Positions 14,430-24,856 are shown, counted from the stretch's first letter. The stretch: 32,000 nt of DNA from Thermoproteus tenax Kra 1 (GCF_000253055.1 NC_016070.1:1560001-1592000); one strand, 5' to 3'. The notes: generated by a model not told the origin, from the sequence alone. Made by a program: numbers and translations.

Positions 14430-15370
14430 ACTAGCCTCGCCCCTCCCTCGTCTATCCTCACGTGGTAGTGTTGTATGCCCATCGACTTGAGAGCCTCGGC
14501 AAGCCTCTCGGCGTCTTTGGGCAGAAGAACCACTACCCCCCCGCGCCCAGCTCCGCTTATCTTTCCTCCGTAGATATAGGGCCTCAGGTTGTGTAACAAC
14601 AGAACCACCTCGTGGCCAACGACGCTGAGAGCGCCCAACAGCCAGTTGTTGACCTCCATGAGCTCGCCCAGACACACCAGATCGCCTCTGCTCAGGCACT
14701 CCTCGGCCTCATCGGCGATCTTGCCGATGGCCTCTATTACGGCGTCTATCGATTTGTGCCTAGATTTAAGCCCTCTGACCTCCGCCACTATCTCCTTTGT
14801 CGTCCCTCTCCTCGGCAGCACGGCCAAAACCAGCTCCCGGATAGGCGTAGCCAACCTCCGGTATCTGAAGGGGCTTGTCTCTATCCTCAACACGCCGCCC
14901 AAGGCTGAGACCGCCGTATCCATAGGGGACGCGGCCCCCTGCACCTCCAACTCGACCTTGTGAGCTAGGCGGGCCAGCTCCTCCCCACTAACATCTACGC
15001 CGAGACACGCCGAGTATGCCTTCAAGATTGCGACGGAGACCGAGGCGGAAGTTGCGGCCCCCACGCTGGGCGGAAAGTCGTTCTTGACCTCGAACGAGGC
15101 CTTAAGAGGGCCGAAGGACTCCCCAGCCTTCCTCAAAGCTGTCTTGACATAAGACAAAAAGGGTTCGTGTCCTCTGGCCCACGCCACATCTCCGTCTAGG
15201 TCGTACTCGATCTGCGCCTGCGCAGGCCCCGCCCTTATCACAGTCCTCTCCCCCCGCTCGCAGAGGACCCAGGCTCCCCTATCCACTGCTGTAGCTATGG
15301 CAGGCTGGCCATAGACGACCGCGTGTTCCCCAAATAGTTTAATGACTCCAGGAGCGAAGACTCTGATCAC
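14426..15370 (-). CDS. mvk: Mevalonate kinase (GHMP kinase family)
   Basis: 314 aa, GTG start. N-terminal APGVIKLFGEHAVVYGQPAIA and GHMP motif PPSVGAATSASVSVA. Confidence 0.85.
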   Translation of the reverse strand: MIRVFAPGVIKLFGEHAVVYGQPAIATAVDRGAWVLCERGERTVIRAGPAQAQIEYDLDGDVAWARGHEPFLSYVKTALRKAGESFGPLKASFEVKNDFPPSVGAATSASVSVAILKAYSACLGVDVSGEELARLAHKVELEVQGAASPMDTAVSALGGVLRIETSPFRYRRLATPIRELVLAVLPRRGTTKEIVAEVRGLKSRHKSIDAVIEAIGKIADEAEECLSRGDLVCLGELMEVNNWLLGALSVVGHEVVLLLHNLRPYIYGGKISGAGRGGVVVLLPKDAERLAEALKSMGIQHYHVRIDEGGARLV

Positions 15371-15371
15371 A

Positions 15372-16412
15372 CTAGAAGAGCGACGCCAGGCCGCTGGCTA
15401 TGTCCTCCTCGCTGGGCCCCTTCTCGCCCTCCTCGGCCTTCTCCTCCTTCTTTTCTCCCTCGGCTTTCTGTTCCGCTTGTTGTACTTGGCTCTGTTGCGC
15501 CACTTGTATGCCTAAGTCGGGAACCTTAGGCGCTATAACTGCGGCTAGCGCCGCCGCCTCGGCCGACGCCCTAGCCAAGAGCGCCGGCAACGTCTCCTTG
15601 GAGACTATGCCCAACTTTACCGCTAGAGCAACGGCGCGCATGTGAGCCGCCGGTATTACCGCCGAGAGTACCTCGGGCGTTGGGTACACCACATTTAGCG
15701 CGAGGTTGCGCGCGGCGGCCGCGGCCTGTTGCACCATCTCCGTATACTTCTTTACGTCAATGGACACCTCCTCTATACTGACGAACCTGCTGCCTCTCCA
15801 GATGATCCCCAATAGTCTCAGCTTCTCGTAGATGGGCTCTACTCCCAAAACCCTCAGAATATCGGCTATCTCGTCGGTGATCTGCTGCCCGGCTTTAACA
15901 ACTGGGCTGTCCTTAGCTATCCAGATCTTGCCCTCTTGCACCCTCGTGGGTATCTTCAGTTTGCCGAACTTGCTCAATATGGGACCCGGCGAGAGGTTGG
16001 TGGGACCAGCGGGGGCGATTATGTCGTAAGGAGCTACGTCGCCGCCCCGGGCCTTCCTCCTGACTGCGTTGGCCTCAACTATTCTGACGAAGAGGGCGGG
16101 GTTCTCGTTAGTAAAGATGTAGGCCCTCTCTCCAAACAGCTCCTTGTCCACCTCAGGCGGCACCTCGCCGTAGACCCTCCTCAAAGCCAGCCTCATGAGG
16201 TTGTGCTTGGCGACCTTTATCACAGCGCGGCCCCTCAGCCTGTATCTGTACTCGTGCAATATCCTCGACGAGAGCTCGTGGAGATCGAAGAGGAATATAT
16301 AGTTGTAGTGTTTAACTAGCTCCTCGAGCTCCGACAATATCCTTGTCTTGTTCTGCGGATAGGGCCTCGTCCTCGAGTAAGCTCTCTTGGCCGCTTGTTG
16401 GACAGACGACAT
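15372..16412 (-). CDS. rplP0: Ribosomal stalk protein P0 (uL10)
   Basis: 346 aa. L10 domain followed by an Ala-rich hinge and the acidic tail ...EKKEEKAEEGEKGPSEEDIASGLASLF, which is characteristic of archaeal P0. TATA aaattttaaaaagg lies upstream. Confidence 0.9.
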   Translation of the reverse strand: MSSVQQAAKRAYSRTRPYPQNKTRILSELEELVKHYNYIFLFDLHELSSRILHEYRYRLRGRAVIKVAKHNLMRLALRRVYGEVPPEVDKELFGERAYIFTNENPALFVRIVEANAVRRKARGGDVAPYDIIAPAGPTNLSPGPILSKFGKLKIPTRVQEGKIWIAKDSPVVKAGQQITDEIADILRVLGVEPIYEKLRLLGIIWRGSRFVSIEEVSIDVKKYTEMVQQAAAAARNLALNVVYPTPEVLSAVIPAAHMRAVALAVKLGIVSKETLPALLARASAEAAALAAVIAPKVPDLGIQVAQQSQVQQAEQKAEGEKKEEKAEEGEKGPSEEDIASGLASLF

Positions 16413-16461
16413 CGCCCCACACAGCGGGTGCCTTTTTAAAATTTGCTACAATAATGGCGCC

Positions 16462-17133
16462 CTACTTTGCGGCAAAAAGCTCCTTAAGCGCCACGGGCGG
16501 ACCCATAGTCTTCTTTATGTAGATGCGCGCCAAGTGTTGTCTCAAGGGGAACTTCGCGTTGACCTCCTCCAGTATTGTTAGCACGTTGGCTAACACCTCC
16601 TCAGGCCTCTGGGCCTCGGACCCCACTCTGACCTTGATCACGGGCTCGTTCCTCAACCTTACTCTCGCACTTCTCTTGAGCCTGTCTACTACCGATTTGA
16701 CGTCGGCGTTCGGAGGCACAACCTCAGGCATTTTGCCCCTAGGTCCGAATATGGATCCGAGGACGCGGCCTATCAAGGGCATTAAATCCGGGGGGGCTAT
16801 GAAGTAGTCGTACCTCTTGGCCAACTTCCTAATCTCCCTCTTCTTTCCCGCAAGAGCCTCGATCTGGTCTCTGCCTATCACGGCGTCAACGCCCGCGTTC
16901 CTCGCCGCAGTCTCGAAGGCGCCTGAGACGAACGCCGCCACCTTATTGGCCTTGGGAGGGTGCGGCAGAGGCACGTTCAGGCTTATGCGGTTCTCCGGCT
17001 TGTTCAAGTCAATGTCCCTCAGCACTAGAATTAGGTCGATGCTCTGGACGAACTTCTTTCTGCGCCCCCTGGCGAGGGCCTCCCTAATTCCGTCGATTAG
17101 AGTCTCCTGTTTTATCTGCGTCGCAACGCTCAT
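16462..17133 (-). CDS. rpl1: Ribosomal protein uL1
   Basis: 223 aa. Position after L11 with an ATGA overlap (17130-17133). L1-type sequence ...[23 protein letters not shown].... Confidence 0.9.
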   Translation of the reverse strand: MSVATQIKQETLIDGIREALARGRRKKFVQSIDLILVLRDIDLNKPENRISLNVPLPHPPKANKVAAFVSGAFETAARNAGVDAVIGRDQIEALAGKKREIRKLAKRYDYFIAPPDLMPLIGRVLGSIFGPRGKMPEVVPPNADVKSVVDRLKRSARVRLRNEPVIKVRVGSEAQRPEEVLANVLTILEEVNAKFPLRQHLARIYIKKTMGPPVALKELFAAK

Positions 17134-17636
17134 CGCCTAAGCTGATCCTCCGCCTTTTTGAGTATTTCGTCGTAGGAGCCGGCTTCGACCGCCTTGATCA
17201 CTTCGGCCGCCGGTTTGCCGTCAACTGTTATGCCCATGGCCTTGCATGTGCTGAGGATCTGCTTCACGGCTGATTTGAGACTCTTGGACTTGAGCTCAGG
17301 GAATTTGAGTACGGCTATCTGTACTATCTTGTCGAAGGGCAAGTTGCCTATAGTCTCCTTGCCTGCGTCGTGGGCCCCCGTGTCTTTCCCCAGAAGCTTA
17401 AGCAAGAGGTCTCCAATAGGCGGCAACTTAACCAACACCGAGTACTCCTTGGTGGATTCCTCAATCTCTAGCTCAACCTTAGAGATCGGATAGCCGGCAT
17501 ACTTTTTCAATTCCTCCTGTACCCTCTGGGCTACACCGTTGGGGTCGAGGCCTATGCTCTTGACCGAGTCTTGAAACTGTGGATTGGGCGCGAACTTGCC
17601 TCCTTGAAGCGGCACGTTGATTATGCGCTTCGCCAC
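17130..17636 (-). CDS. rpl11: Ribosomal protein uL11
   Basis: 168 aa, GTG start about 20 nt after ctttaattatag. ...[13 protein letters not shown]...LGVNxxxF-like L11 N-domain. Conserved spt5-L11-L1-P0 order. Confidence 0.9.
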   Translation of the reverse strand: MAKRIINVPLQGGKFAPNPQFQDSVKSIGLDPNGVAQRVQEELKKYAGYPISKVELEIEESTKEYSVLVKLPPIGDLLLKLLGKDTGAHDAGKETIGNLPFDKIVQIAVLKFPELKSKSLKSAVKQILSTCKAMGITVDGKPAAEVIKAVEAGSYDEILKKAEDQLRR

Positions 17637-17679
17637 GCGCCGGACTCCGTGCTATAATTAAAGTTTGCTCTACTTTCTA

Positions 17680-18168
17680 TTATCCAGTCTCTGCGGCGCC
17701 TGCTCCGCCGCGCCCGGCCTTCTTCACGACCTTCACTTCGCTTGCCCTTAAGTCGAGGGGCATGGGAAACGGCGTATCCAACAGCTCCACTCTCACGGTC
17801 CCCCTCTCTCTGTCTACCGACACGACGCGCCCTCTGCTTCCCTTTAGGACGTCCGCCAAAATCTCGACCTCGTCGTTCACCTCTATATCTATCGCCGGTT
17901 TCTTCGGCTCTATGTACTTGATTATCTCCTCAATGTTCGTCTTCCCCCTTAATACTCCCTTGACGTGCTTCACTCCGTAGGTCACCCTCTGGACCACCGC
18001 CAGGGACTCGGCCTCCATAAATATAACTCCGAAGGGCTCCTTAGGTACTAGGATAGAGTAAACTGGCTGTTTCCCCGACTCGCTTCTGAGCTTGAGCAAC
18101 ATAGTGACATTGTACTCCTGTCTTCCTACTACGCTCACTGAATAGATGGAGCAAAGCTGCGACGACAT
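17680..18168 (-). CDS. spt5: Transcription elongation factor Spt5 (NusG)
   Basis: 162 aa. NGN domain (IYSVSVVGRQEYNV...) plus a C-terminal KOW motif (VEILADVLKGSRGRVVSVDRERGTVRVEL). Sits between secE and rpl11 as in most archaea. Confidence 0.85.
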   Translation of the reverse strand: MSSQLCSIYSVSVVGRQEYNVTMLLKLRSESGKQPVYSILVPKEPFGVIFMEAESLAVVQRVTYGVKHVKGVLRGKTNIEEIIKYIEPKKPAIDIEVNDEVEILADVLKGSRGRVVSVDRERGTVRVELLDTPFPMPLDLRASEVKVVKKAGRGGAGAAETG

Positions 18169-18169
18169 A

Positions 18170-18466
18170 CTATCCGAACTTTATCATGATGTATATCAAT
18201 ACGGCGAATATGGCGCCTAGGCTGGACGCTACCGCCACGGCCTCTTGAGTCGGCGATAGGGCGTAGGTCGTAGTCGGCCCCAACAGATACTCCGTCATAT
18301 AGACGTTTGCTATATAGAATATAAACTGTATTACGCCGGCGGCAAAGACGAGGAACAACAAAAACTTTACTACTGTGTTGAACTCCTTCGGGCTTGGCTT
18401 CTCCGACGTCGATATGACCCATCTGACGTCCCGCAGAAACTCCTCTATCTTCTTCTCGAGGGGCAC
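18170..18466 (-). CDS. secE: Preprotein translocase subunit SecE (Sec61 gamma), with an extra C-terminal helix
   Basis: 98 aa, GTG start 20 nt after aataatttttaac. ...VRWVISTSEKPSPKEFNTVVKFLLFLVFAAGVIQFIFYI matches the SecE amphipathic-plus-TM pattern. Conserved position upstream of spt5. Confidence 0.7.
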   Translation of the reverse strand: MPLEKKIEEFLRDVRWVISTSEKPSPKEFNTVVKFLLFLVFAAGVIQFIFYIANVYMTEYLLGPTTTYALSPTQEAVAVASSLGAIFAVLIYIMIKFG

Positions 18467-18637
18467 ATACGGCGATGAGACCTACGTTAAAAATTATTGT
18501 CCCTGATATGACAGCATCAACAGCAAACCTCGCCTTAGGGCAGGGGGTCGTCGCAGATGCAGGCGGAAGGCCCAATATGCGCACACGCCTCATCAAATGA
18601 GGGGCTCTGCCCCGAGGAGGGCCGAGCGCCGCCCGGC

Positions 18638-18712
18638 CCCATGCCCGATGAGTCCGCGCCGGAGGTAGTCTGGCTACCGATGAAGGCGTGGGCGAGGAGA
18701 AACCCAGCCCTT
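18638..18712 (-). repeat. GC-rich intergenic module, block A copy
   Basis: The plus strand reads ccatgcccgatgagtccgcgccggaggtagtctggctaccgatgaaggcgtgggcgaggagaaacccag. At 21573-21650 it reads ccatgtccgatgaccctggcccgagacggctggctgccggtgaaggcgcgagctaggaggaagacctag. The core ctggct[a/g]ccg[a/g]tgaaggcg matches at 17 of 20 positions by eye. Confidence 0.6.
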
Positions 18713-18742
18713 TAGGGCGGGGAGGCGGCGTGGATCATCTGG

Positions 18743-19663
18743 CTAGATGCCTACGAGCTGGGCCACGTACTCCTCCTTCTTGAACTTTACGAGGTCTTCG
18801 TACCTCTGCCCCACGCCTAAATAATATATCGGCCTCCTGAAGACATGGAGAAAGGTCAAGATGGAGCCGCCCTTAGGGTACGAGTCCACCTTAGTCGCTA
18901 TCATGCCGTCGATACTTACGTATCTGCTGTAGTACCTCGCTATCTCTAACGCCTCGTTGCCCAACTGTGAGTCAAAAACAAAGATGGAGAAATGCGGCTG
19001 CGCCACACGCTGTATTTTAGAAAGCTCCTCCATCAGGTTTTTGTCTGTGTGCATGCGGCCTGCCGTGTCGATGAGAACTAGGGGCACCCCTCTAGATGCC
19101 GCATGTTGTATCGCATCGTAGGCAACAGAGGCCGGATCTGCGCCGTATTTTCCTCCGATGACTCTGAGGCCCAGCCTCTTCCCGTGTTCCTCTAGCTGCT
19201 CTCTGGCGCCCGCTCTGAAGGTATCCGCCGCAGCTAAGACGCTCTGGAGCCCCCTCGCCCTAAAGAGATAGGCCATTTTCGCCAACGTGGTCGTCTTCCC
19301 GTAGCCGTTGGGCCCCAGAAACATCACAACGACAGGCCTAGTTTTATCAAGAAGCGCTACGGCCTCCTTCTCGAAGTCGACGTCAGGTATGTCGCCTATC
19401 ACCGAGAGTAGAGCCTCGTAGACGGCCCTCTTAACCGTGGCCTCTCTATCGCCGAACCTGGGCACCTTGACGCCGACTAGTCTCACGCGAAGAGACTCCG
19501 ATATGGCGTCAGCCACTTCCACGGCCACGTCGTTCTCCACAAGGCTCATGTAGAGGTCCTCGACCAACTGACCCACCTCCTTCTCGCCCAGGGCGTCTTC
19601 CTTTACTGCAGAGACTAGAGAGTCTACGAATCTAGAGAAAGTTTTTCGTAGCCTTTCGAACAT
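18743..19663 (-). CDS. ftsY: Signal recognition particle receptor FtsY
   Basis: 306 aa. SRP-GTPase NG domain with GPNGYGKTTTLAKMA (G1), DTAGR (G3) and TKVD (G4). Confidence 0.9.
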   Translation of the reverse strand: MFERLRKTFSRFVDSLVSAVKEDALGEKEVGQLVEDLYMSLVENDVAVEVADAISESLRVRLVGVKVPRFGDREATVKRAVYEALLSVIGDIPDVDFEKEAVALLDKTRPVVVMFLGPNGYGKTTTLAKMAYLFRARGLQSVLAAADTFRAGAREQLEEHGKRLGLRVIGGKYGADPASVAYDAIQHAASRGVPLVLIDTAGRMHTDKNLMEELSKIQRVAQPHFSIFVFDSQLGNEALEIARYYSRYVSIDGMIATKVDSYPKGGSILTFLHVFRRPIYYLGVGQRYEDLVKFKKEEYVAQLVGI

Positions 19664-20073
19664 CAGCCGATTACGCCCAACTGCTCCAATACTTGCCTTA
19701 TCTGTAGAGCCCTCTCGCTCAACTTGGCTAGGTTCCCCTCCAGGTTAGTTTTGATGCTGTTCATCTCGTTTATTCTATCGCTTAGGATCCTCTGGGCGTT
19801 CTCTACGTCTATAAAGGCGTAATAATTAGCCCCCAGCGGAGTCAGAACCTCGCCCCGATCCACTGAGGCCTTGAGGTACACCCCGGCGCCTATATGGACG
19901 TACCTCTCTGCGTCCTGCGAGAGCGACTTCAAGCCGTCAAGGGCGAGTTTTAGGTCTTCAAGGGTTTCGTTCACAAGGGAGAGCTGGGCTTGAAGGCCGG
20001 CTATTAGCTCGGAGAGGGTTTGATATTCGTCTATCAGTCTCGCTATATCCTCCCTAGTTATAGTCCGCGCCAT
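19663..20073 (-). CDS. pfdA: Prefoldin alpha subunit
   Basis: 136 aa. Coiled coil, two beta hairpins (VHIGAGVYLKASV...VLTPLGANYYAFIDV), then coiled coil. Stop/start overlaps with both neighbours. Confidence 0.8.
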   Translation of the reverse strand: MARTITREDIARLIDEYQTLSELIAGLQAQLSLVNETLEDLKLALDGLKSLSQDAERYVHIGAGVYLKASVDRGEVLTPLGANYYAFIDVENAQRILSDRINEMNSIKTNLEGNLAKLSERALQIRQVLEQLGVIG

Positions 20074-20324
20074 TAGTACGCAATTATTCTGTCTATATAA
20101 ACAAGGGCCTTGATCTCGTCAGGCGCCTCATCGATGGGCGCCTCCTCCACTCTGTCTATCCTTATCTGGCCCCTCTTCACTTTGTGATTGCTCCCTATGA
20201 GCTCGAAGACCTTCTGCACCGCTTCGTAGGGCTTAGTCGCTGTTACATATTTCTTGAACTTCACAGTCTCCCCGTTCTTCAGCTTAAATGAGCCCGATAC
20301 TAAATACAATCTCGGCGCGGCCAC
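20073..20324 (-). CDS. rplX: Ribosomal protein LX (eL20/L18Ae)
   Basis: 83 aa, GTG start about 22 nt after acttaaaac. ...YEAVQKVFELIGSNHKVKRGQIRI... matches the LX GSxHKVKR signature. Conserved LX-pfdA-ftsY order. Confidence 0.75.
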   Translation of the reverse strand: MAAPRLYLVSGSFKLKNGETVKFKKYVTATKPYEAVQKVFELIGSNHKVKRGQIRIDRVEEAPIDEAPDEIKALVYIDRIIAY

Positions 20325-20367
20325 GGCCGGGTGAGGTCAGAGTGTTTTAAGTTTTTCGGGCGTCCAT

Positions 20368-20434
20368 CCGTCCCCATGCGATTACTGCCGGCGTAGCGCC
20401 CAGGGACTTCCTCCTTGCCCGCTCCCTAATCGGC
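20368..20434 (-). repeat. GC-rich intergenic module, block B copy
   Basis: The sense strand reads gccgattagggagcgggcaaggaggaagtccctgggcgctacgccggcagtaatcgcatggggacgg. It is the closest relative of 11222-11290. Confidence 0.6.
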
Positions 20435-20529
20435 GTCCATTACCCCAGCGCCGCTCTGACCCCCTCGCCGAGTATACCTCGTCCTTCACCGATCTGGGCA
20501 AGCAGCCCCTCTTGTTCGGAGTTCCACTC

Positions 20530-20625
20530 TCGGCGGAGGCCGGCACTTCAACTGGCGGTGAACCCGCTGCTGGTATCGGCACGAGCTACGGCGGAGGAGC
20601 CGTGGTATATGGCGTGAGCAACCGA
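20530..20625 (-). repeat. GC-rich intergenic module, block A copy
   Basis: The plus strand reads ...ggtatcggcacgagctacggcggaggagccgtggtatatggcgtgagcaaccgatggg. Compare ...ggtgaaggcgcgagctaggaggaagacctaggcgtgagttcgataatg (21610-21660). Confidence 0.5.
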
Positions 20626-20644
20626 TGGGCCAACTGGGCGTCTC

Positions 20645-21310
20645 TCACTTGAACAAGGTGGACAATATGCGCATGATCTCGGCTCCCGTAGTCTCCCAGC
20701 CCACCAGGGCGCCTCTGTCGTTAGCTACCAAGCCGCCTCTGACGAAGGATCTGCCTCTGTTCACAGTGCCCACATCCGCGTGAACCCCCAAATAGTTCTC
20801 TAGCTTCTTCAGATCTGCGTCAGTCGCCTCGGGCGCCACTAGTACGCCTCTGGAGTTGGCCACGGCCACTGATCCTACCAGAGGTGTGCCTGCTATAGTG
20901 TCGACGAACACCTCCACGCCCAACACATCTTTCACGATCTTGTGATTGTCTGGCTCTAAGATCGGCGAAACCACCGCGGCCTTGTTGTTGGCCAGTATTA
21001 AGTTGGCCAACGCCGTATATTTAGTCTGGATAACGCCTATGTTTAAACCGAGGGCCTTCAACGAATTTATCTCTTCGTCCAACGCGATATTGGGCACCAG
21101 AATGCCGTTGTCATTCATGACAAGGAAAATGCCCAGCAGAGGAGACTTGGCCACAGATGCCCTCACCACAGTGTCGCCTAACACCTCCCTGATGTTTTCA
21201 TCGATTTTCTCTGGAACATCGAATGGTACTAGCGCCATCTTGTTGTTGACGGCTATGTAGACCCCTATTGATGACGAACCGAACACTTTAACAGGGACTA
21301 CATCTGCCAT
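20645..21310 (-). CDS. eif6: Translation initiation factor aIF6
   Basis: 221 aa. The pentein-fold repeats (...GSSSIGVYIAVNNKMALVP..., ...SPLLGIFLVMNDNGILVP..., ...ALANLILANNKAAVVSP..., ...VGSVAVANSRGVLVAP..., ...VRGGLVANDRGALVG...) are diagnostic of eIF6. Confidence 0.9.
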   Translation of the reverse strand: MADVVPVKVFGSSSIGVYIAVNNKMALVPFDVPEKIDENIREVLGDTVVRASVAKSPLLGIFLVMNDNGILVPNIALDEEINSLKALGLNIGVIQTKYTALANLILANNKAAVVSPILEPDNHKIVKDVLGVEVFVDTIAGTPLVGSVAVANSRGVLVAPEATDADLKKLENYLGVHADVGTVNRGRSFVRGGLVANDRGALVGWETTGAEIMRILSTLFK

Positions 21311-21395
21311 ATCACTGTGTGTTCACTGACTTAAAAGCATTGGGCGCGCTCTATGCCCCCTCTGCAACGTCCCGGCGGGCCAGAGGGCTTGCCCC

Positions 21396-21462
21396 GCGAT
21401 CCTTTAGGGGCGCCTCCGCTGGCGGGCGTTGCCCAAGGGTAGTTTTCTTCCTCGCAATTGAG
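21396..21462 (-). repeat. GC-rich intergenic module, block B copy (degenerate)
   Basis: The sense strand reads ctcaattgcgaggaagaaaactacccttgggcaacgcccgccagcggaggcgcccctaaaggatcgc. It is colinear with the other block B copies, but the GCCGGC core is degraded to gcccgcc. Confidence 0.45.
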
Positions 21463-21572
21463 GAAAGCGTGTTTCTCTGTGCAAATAGGGCGCTTAAGCA
21501 CATGCCCGCAGTAAAGGAGCAGTGCCCCCACGACCCCCGGCCGGGGCCTGTCCCTGGAGGGGGCCTTTGCCT

Positions 21573-21650
21573 CCATGTCCGATGACCCTGGCCCGAGACG
21601 GCTGGCTGCCGGTGAAGGCGCGAGCTAGGAGGAAGACCTAGGCGTGAGTT
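21573..21650 (-). repeat. GC-rich intergenic module, block A copy
   Basis: See 18638-18712; this is the best-matching pair of the family. Confidence 0.6.
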
Positions 21651-22044
21651 CGATAATGAACGACTAGGGACAAACGGCTCCCGGGAGCTGACGGAGGAAT
21701 ATATTAATAGGATCAGTTCTGGGCCATCTATGAGCGACTGGATTATAGTGTCCGTGATCTTCCTTTTAGTCTTTGGCTTAACCTTGTTAGCTATCTATTT
21801 GATATATCTTTTGGCGCCTCAAGCGCCCACCGAGGCCAAGAGGAGGAGGTATGAGGCGGGCAATCCCCCGCACGGAGAGCCAAAATCAAGGTTGGCCATG
21901 CAGTATTTCGGTTACGTCCTCATGTTGGTGACATTGGGAGCCCTCATAGCAGTGCCCCTAATCTATTTCGCCTTGAGCCCCACATCTTATCTGTCGGCAT
22001 TTACTTCCTCGTCATAGTGGCCCTAGTGGTGTTAGCTGCCCTCT

Positions 22045-24549
<2,505 letters not shown>

Positions 24550-24755
24550 TCAGCGCCCGCCATGCGCGAGGCCTCGTCACAGATAGGCGTGGGTTCAACT
24601 CCTCATCTTAAAGTCGAGCTGGGCCTTGCCTTATATATTTGCTCGTCCGCCTAACGCTCAGCTCGGAGATCCCCCAGATCGGCACGGTTGAATCCCTAGC
24701 TAACCTAGTCTATGCTTAAGCCGGAGGCGCAGGAACCGGCGCAGTCGTATAACGC

Positions 24756-24806
24756 TCAGCTCTTAAAGGACTCTTCATTGGGTCGAGCGAGGTGAAGCGT
24801 CATCAC
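24756..24806 (-). ncRNA. Candidate C/D box sRNA (51 nt)
   Basis: The minus strand reads GTGATGA(C)-cgcttcacctcg(12)-CTCG(D'-like)-accca-ATGAAGA(C'-like)-gtcctttaagag(12)-CTGA(D). The box order and the two 12-nt spacers fit the archaeal C/D architecture. TATA-like ttttaaca lies about 17 nt upstream of the C box. The D' box is poor and no target was searched. Confidence 0.35.
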
Positions 24807-24846
24807 GTCGTACTGGTGGTCTCTGTTAAAATGCCTATTCGGAAAA

Positions 24847-24856
24847 CTTTAAAAAC
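24847..24856 (+). promoter_or_regulatory. TATA box of rps14
   Basis: ctttaaaaac is centred about 24 nt upstream of ATG 24876. Confidence 0.5.

Noticed and set aside
18467-18742. Possible SRP (7S) RNA gene next to ftsY.
   Set aside because: I could not find the conserved helix 8 elements (GNAR tetraloop flanked by AGCA/GGA-type asymmetric loops, of the CCGGAAGGGAGCA type) or an Alu-domain 5' end. The spacer is also shorter than a typical archaeal SRP RNA. An Infernal scan would settle it.
20395-20420. Block B resembles the RNase P RNA CR-I motif: gaggaagtccctgggc versus GAGGAAAGUCCGGGC.
   Set aside because: The motif is present in several copies in one window, always at the promoter-proximal end of a spacer. 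I could not find a matching CR-V/P4 partner (ACAGAA...) at an appropriate distance. RNase P RNA is a single-copy gene.
20382-20582. ORFs inside the GC-rich spacers: 20382..20582, 21319..21585, 21331..21576, 9079..9417, 9191..9382, 18135..18596, 5465..5728 and 5684..5977.
   Set aside because: Their composition is Arg/Gly/Pro-rich. They come in mutually overlapping pairs on both strands and lack a TATA box at the right distance. The similarity between spacer copies is equally strong at all three codon positions and does not preserve a common reading frame.
24585-24700. tRNA-like T-loop strings (gggttcaactcc, ggttgaatccc) in the pyrG-rps14 spacer.
   Set aside because: The flanking bases do not form T stems, and no acceptor or anticodon arms can be drawn. 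They are probably chance matches.
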